From a virus, in IMG/VR virus record IMGVR_UViG_3300003322_000327, positions 38,121-102,120 of that record: 64,000 nt of DNA; one strand, written 5' to 3'. The translations under genes and the position numbers were made by a program. How positions within the stretch are numbered: position 1 is the first letter of the stretch; every line of letters begins with the position of its first letter. The notes below the pieces were generated by a model. That model was not told the origin of the DNA. It worked only from the letters and a program-made list of their open reading frames with translations, and ran no database searches. This document shows, in pieces, positions 63,416 through 64,000 of the stretch.

Positions 63416-63463
63416 GGCTGGGGAGAGATGTCTAGCCGTCTAAACTAGCTCTCTCCCTAGTCG
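63416..63463 (+). promoter_or_regulatory. long imperfect hairpin after the MCP stop (no U-tract)
   Basis: GGCTGGGGAGAG...CTCTCCCTAGTC pairing with G-U wobbles. Confidence 0.5.
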
Positions 63464-63499
63464 GTCCCGTACCACAGGTCACAACCCAAGGAGTTCGAG

Positions 63500-63964
63500 A
63501 TGACCAAGCCGATGAAGTACAACCGCACGCTCGACTGTGTCGCGCTGGCCATTCAAGCGTTCACGCGTGACGGGGACGAAGTCCTGGCCGCGCGACTGTT
63601 CGCCAAGGCGATGGCCCAGCCCGACGTGCAGGCCGCGATGGACACCATCGAAGCCAGCAACCGCTACGCGTTCTCGCAGCTGCAAGCCTCACGGGCCGCG
63701 GCCACGAAGACCGAAGCGGGCGACAAGTCGACGCCCAAGGCCCGCGTCAAGGCTTCCGAAGAGGAAGCCGAGATGCCGACCGAGAAGCCCGCCGAAGAGA
63801 AGGAAGCCGAGATGCCGGTCGAGGCCGACGCATTCGACGGCGACCCGCTCGACGACGTGGTCGAGGAAGAGGAAGAAGTCGTGGAACCTGCCGAGCCCGT
63901 CGTGGCCGGCAAGCGCATGGCCGAAGTCCTGTCCTCGATGAAGAAGGCACGCGACGGCAAGTGA
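63500..63964 (+). CDS. acidic hypothetical head-associated protein
   Basis: 154 aa, AAGGAG SD; follows the MCP. Confidence 0.7.
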   Translation: MTKPMKYNRTLDCVALAIQAFTRDGDEVLAARLFAKAMAQPDVQAAMDTIEASNRYAFSQLQASRAAATKTEAGDKSTPKARVKASEEEAEMPTEKPAEEKEAEMPVEADAFDGDPLDDVVEEEEEVVEPAEPVVAGKRMAEVLSSMKKARDGK

Positions 63965-64000
63965 GCCATCGCGGTAGCACCCTACCGGTGCTTGAAAGGG

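Noticed and set aside
1-64000. tRNA, rRNA, integrase or transposase genes
   Set aside because: No cloverleaf or rRNA signatures noticed by eye in the few intergenic gaps; the only tyrosine-nucleophile enzyme fits TopIB better than an integrase.

Overview
A 64-kb stretch of a GC-rich (visual estimate about 60%), densely coding jumbo dsDNA tailed bacteriophage genome. No host housekeeping context, tRNAs or CRISPR arrays are visible. 1-12.35 kb (minus strand): small accessory genes including a Tad1-like immune-signal sponge and a NADAR hydrolase, a Dda/RecD-like helicase and an SF2-helicase-related protein. 12.7-32.6 kb (plus strand): replication and nucleotide metabolism (Mre11/SbcD-like nuclease, family A DNA polymerase with an N-terminal UDG-like domain, primase, ThyA) plus a 7-deazaguanine cluster (TGT/DpdA-like, QueC, QueE, FolE, QueD) that contains an unexpected PLP-dependent aminotransferase. 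32.7-64 kb (plus strand): type IB topoisomerase, small enzymes (DEDDh exonuclease, kinase-like, ParB-like, NUDIX, SprT), glycosyltransferase, NrdAB, HNH, a 1625-aa SNF2-like helicase and the head module (prohead protease, scaffold, decoration-like protein, major capsid protein). The most striking unexplained pattern is an 11-residue peptide, [KQEN]-L-[QK]-A-[KA]-x-R-L-x-A-x, found in nine otherwise unrelated proteins and encoded with varying synonymous codons. I interpret it as a candidate capsid-targeting and protease-cleavage tag for cargo packaged in the virion. All functional calls come from motifs recognised by eye; no database search was run.
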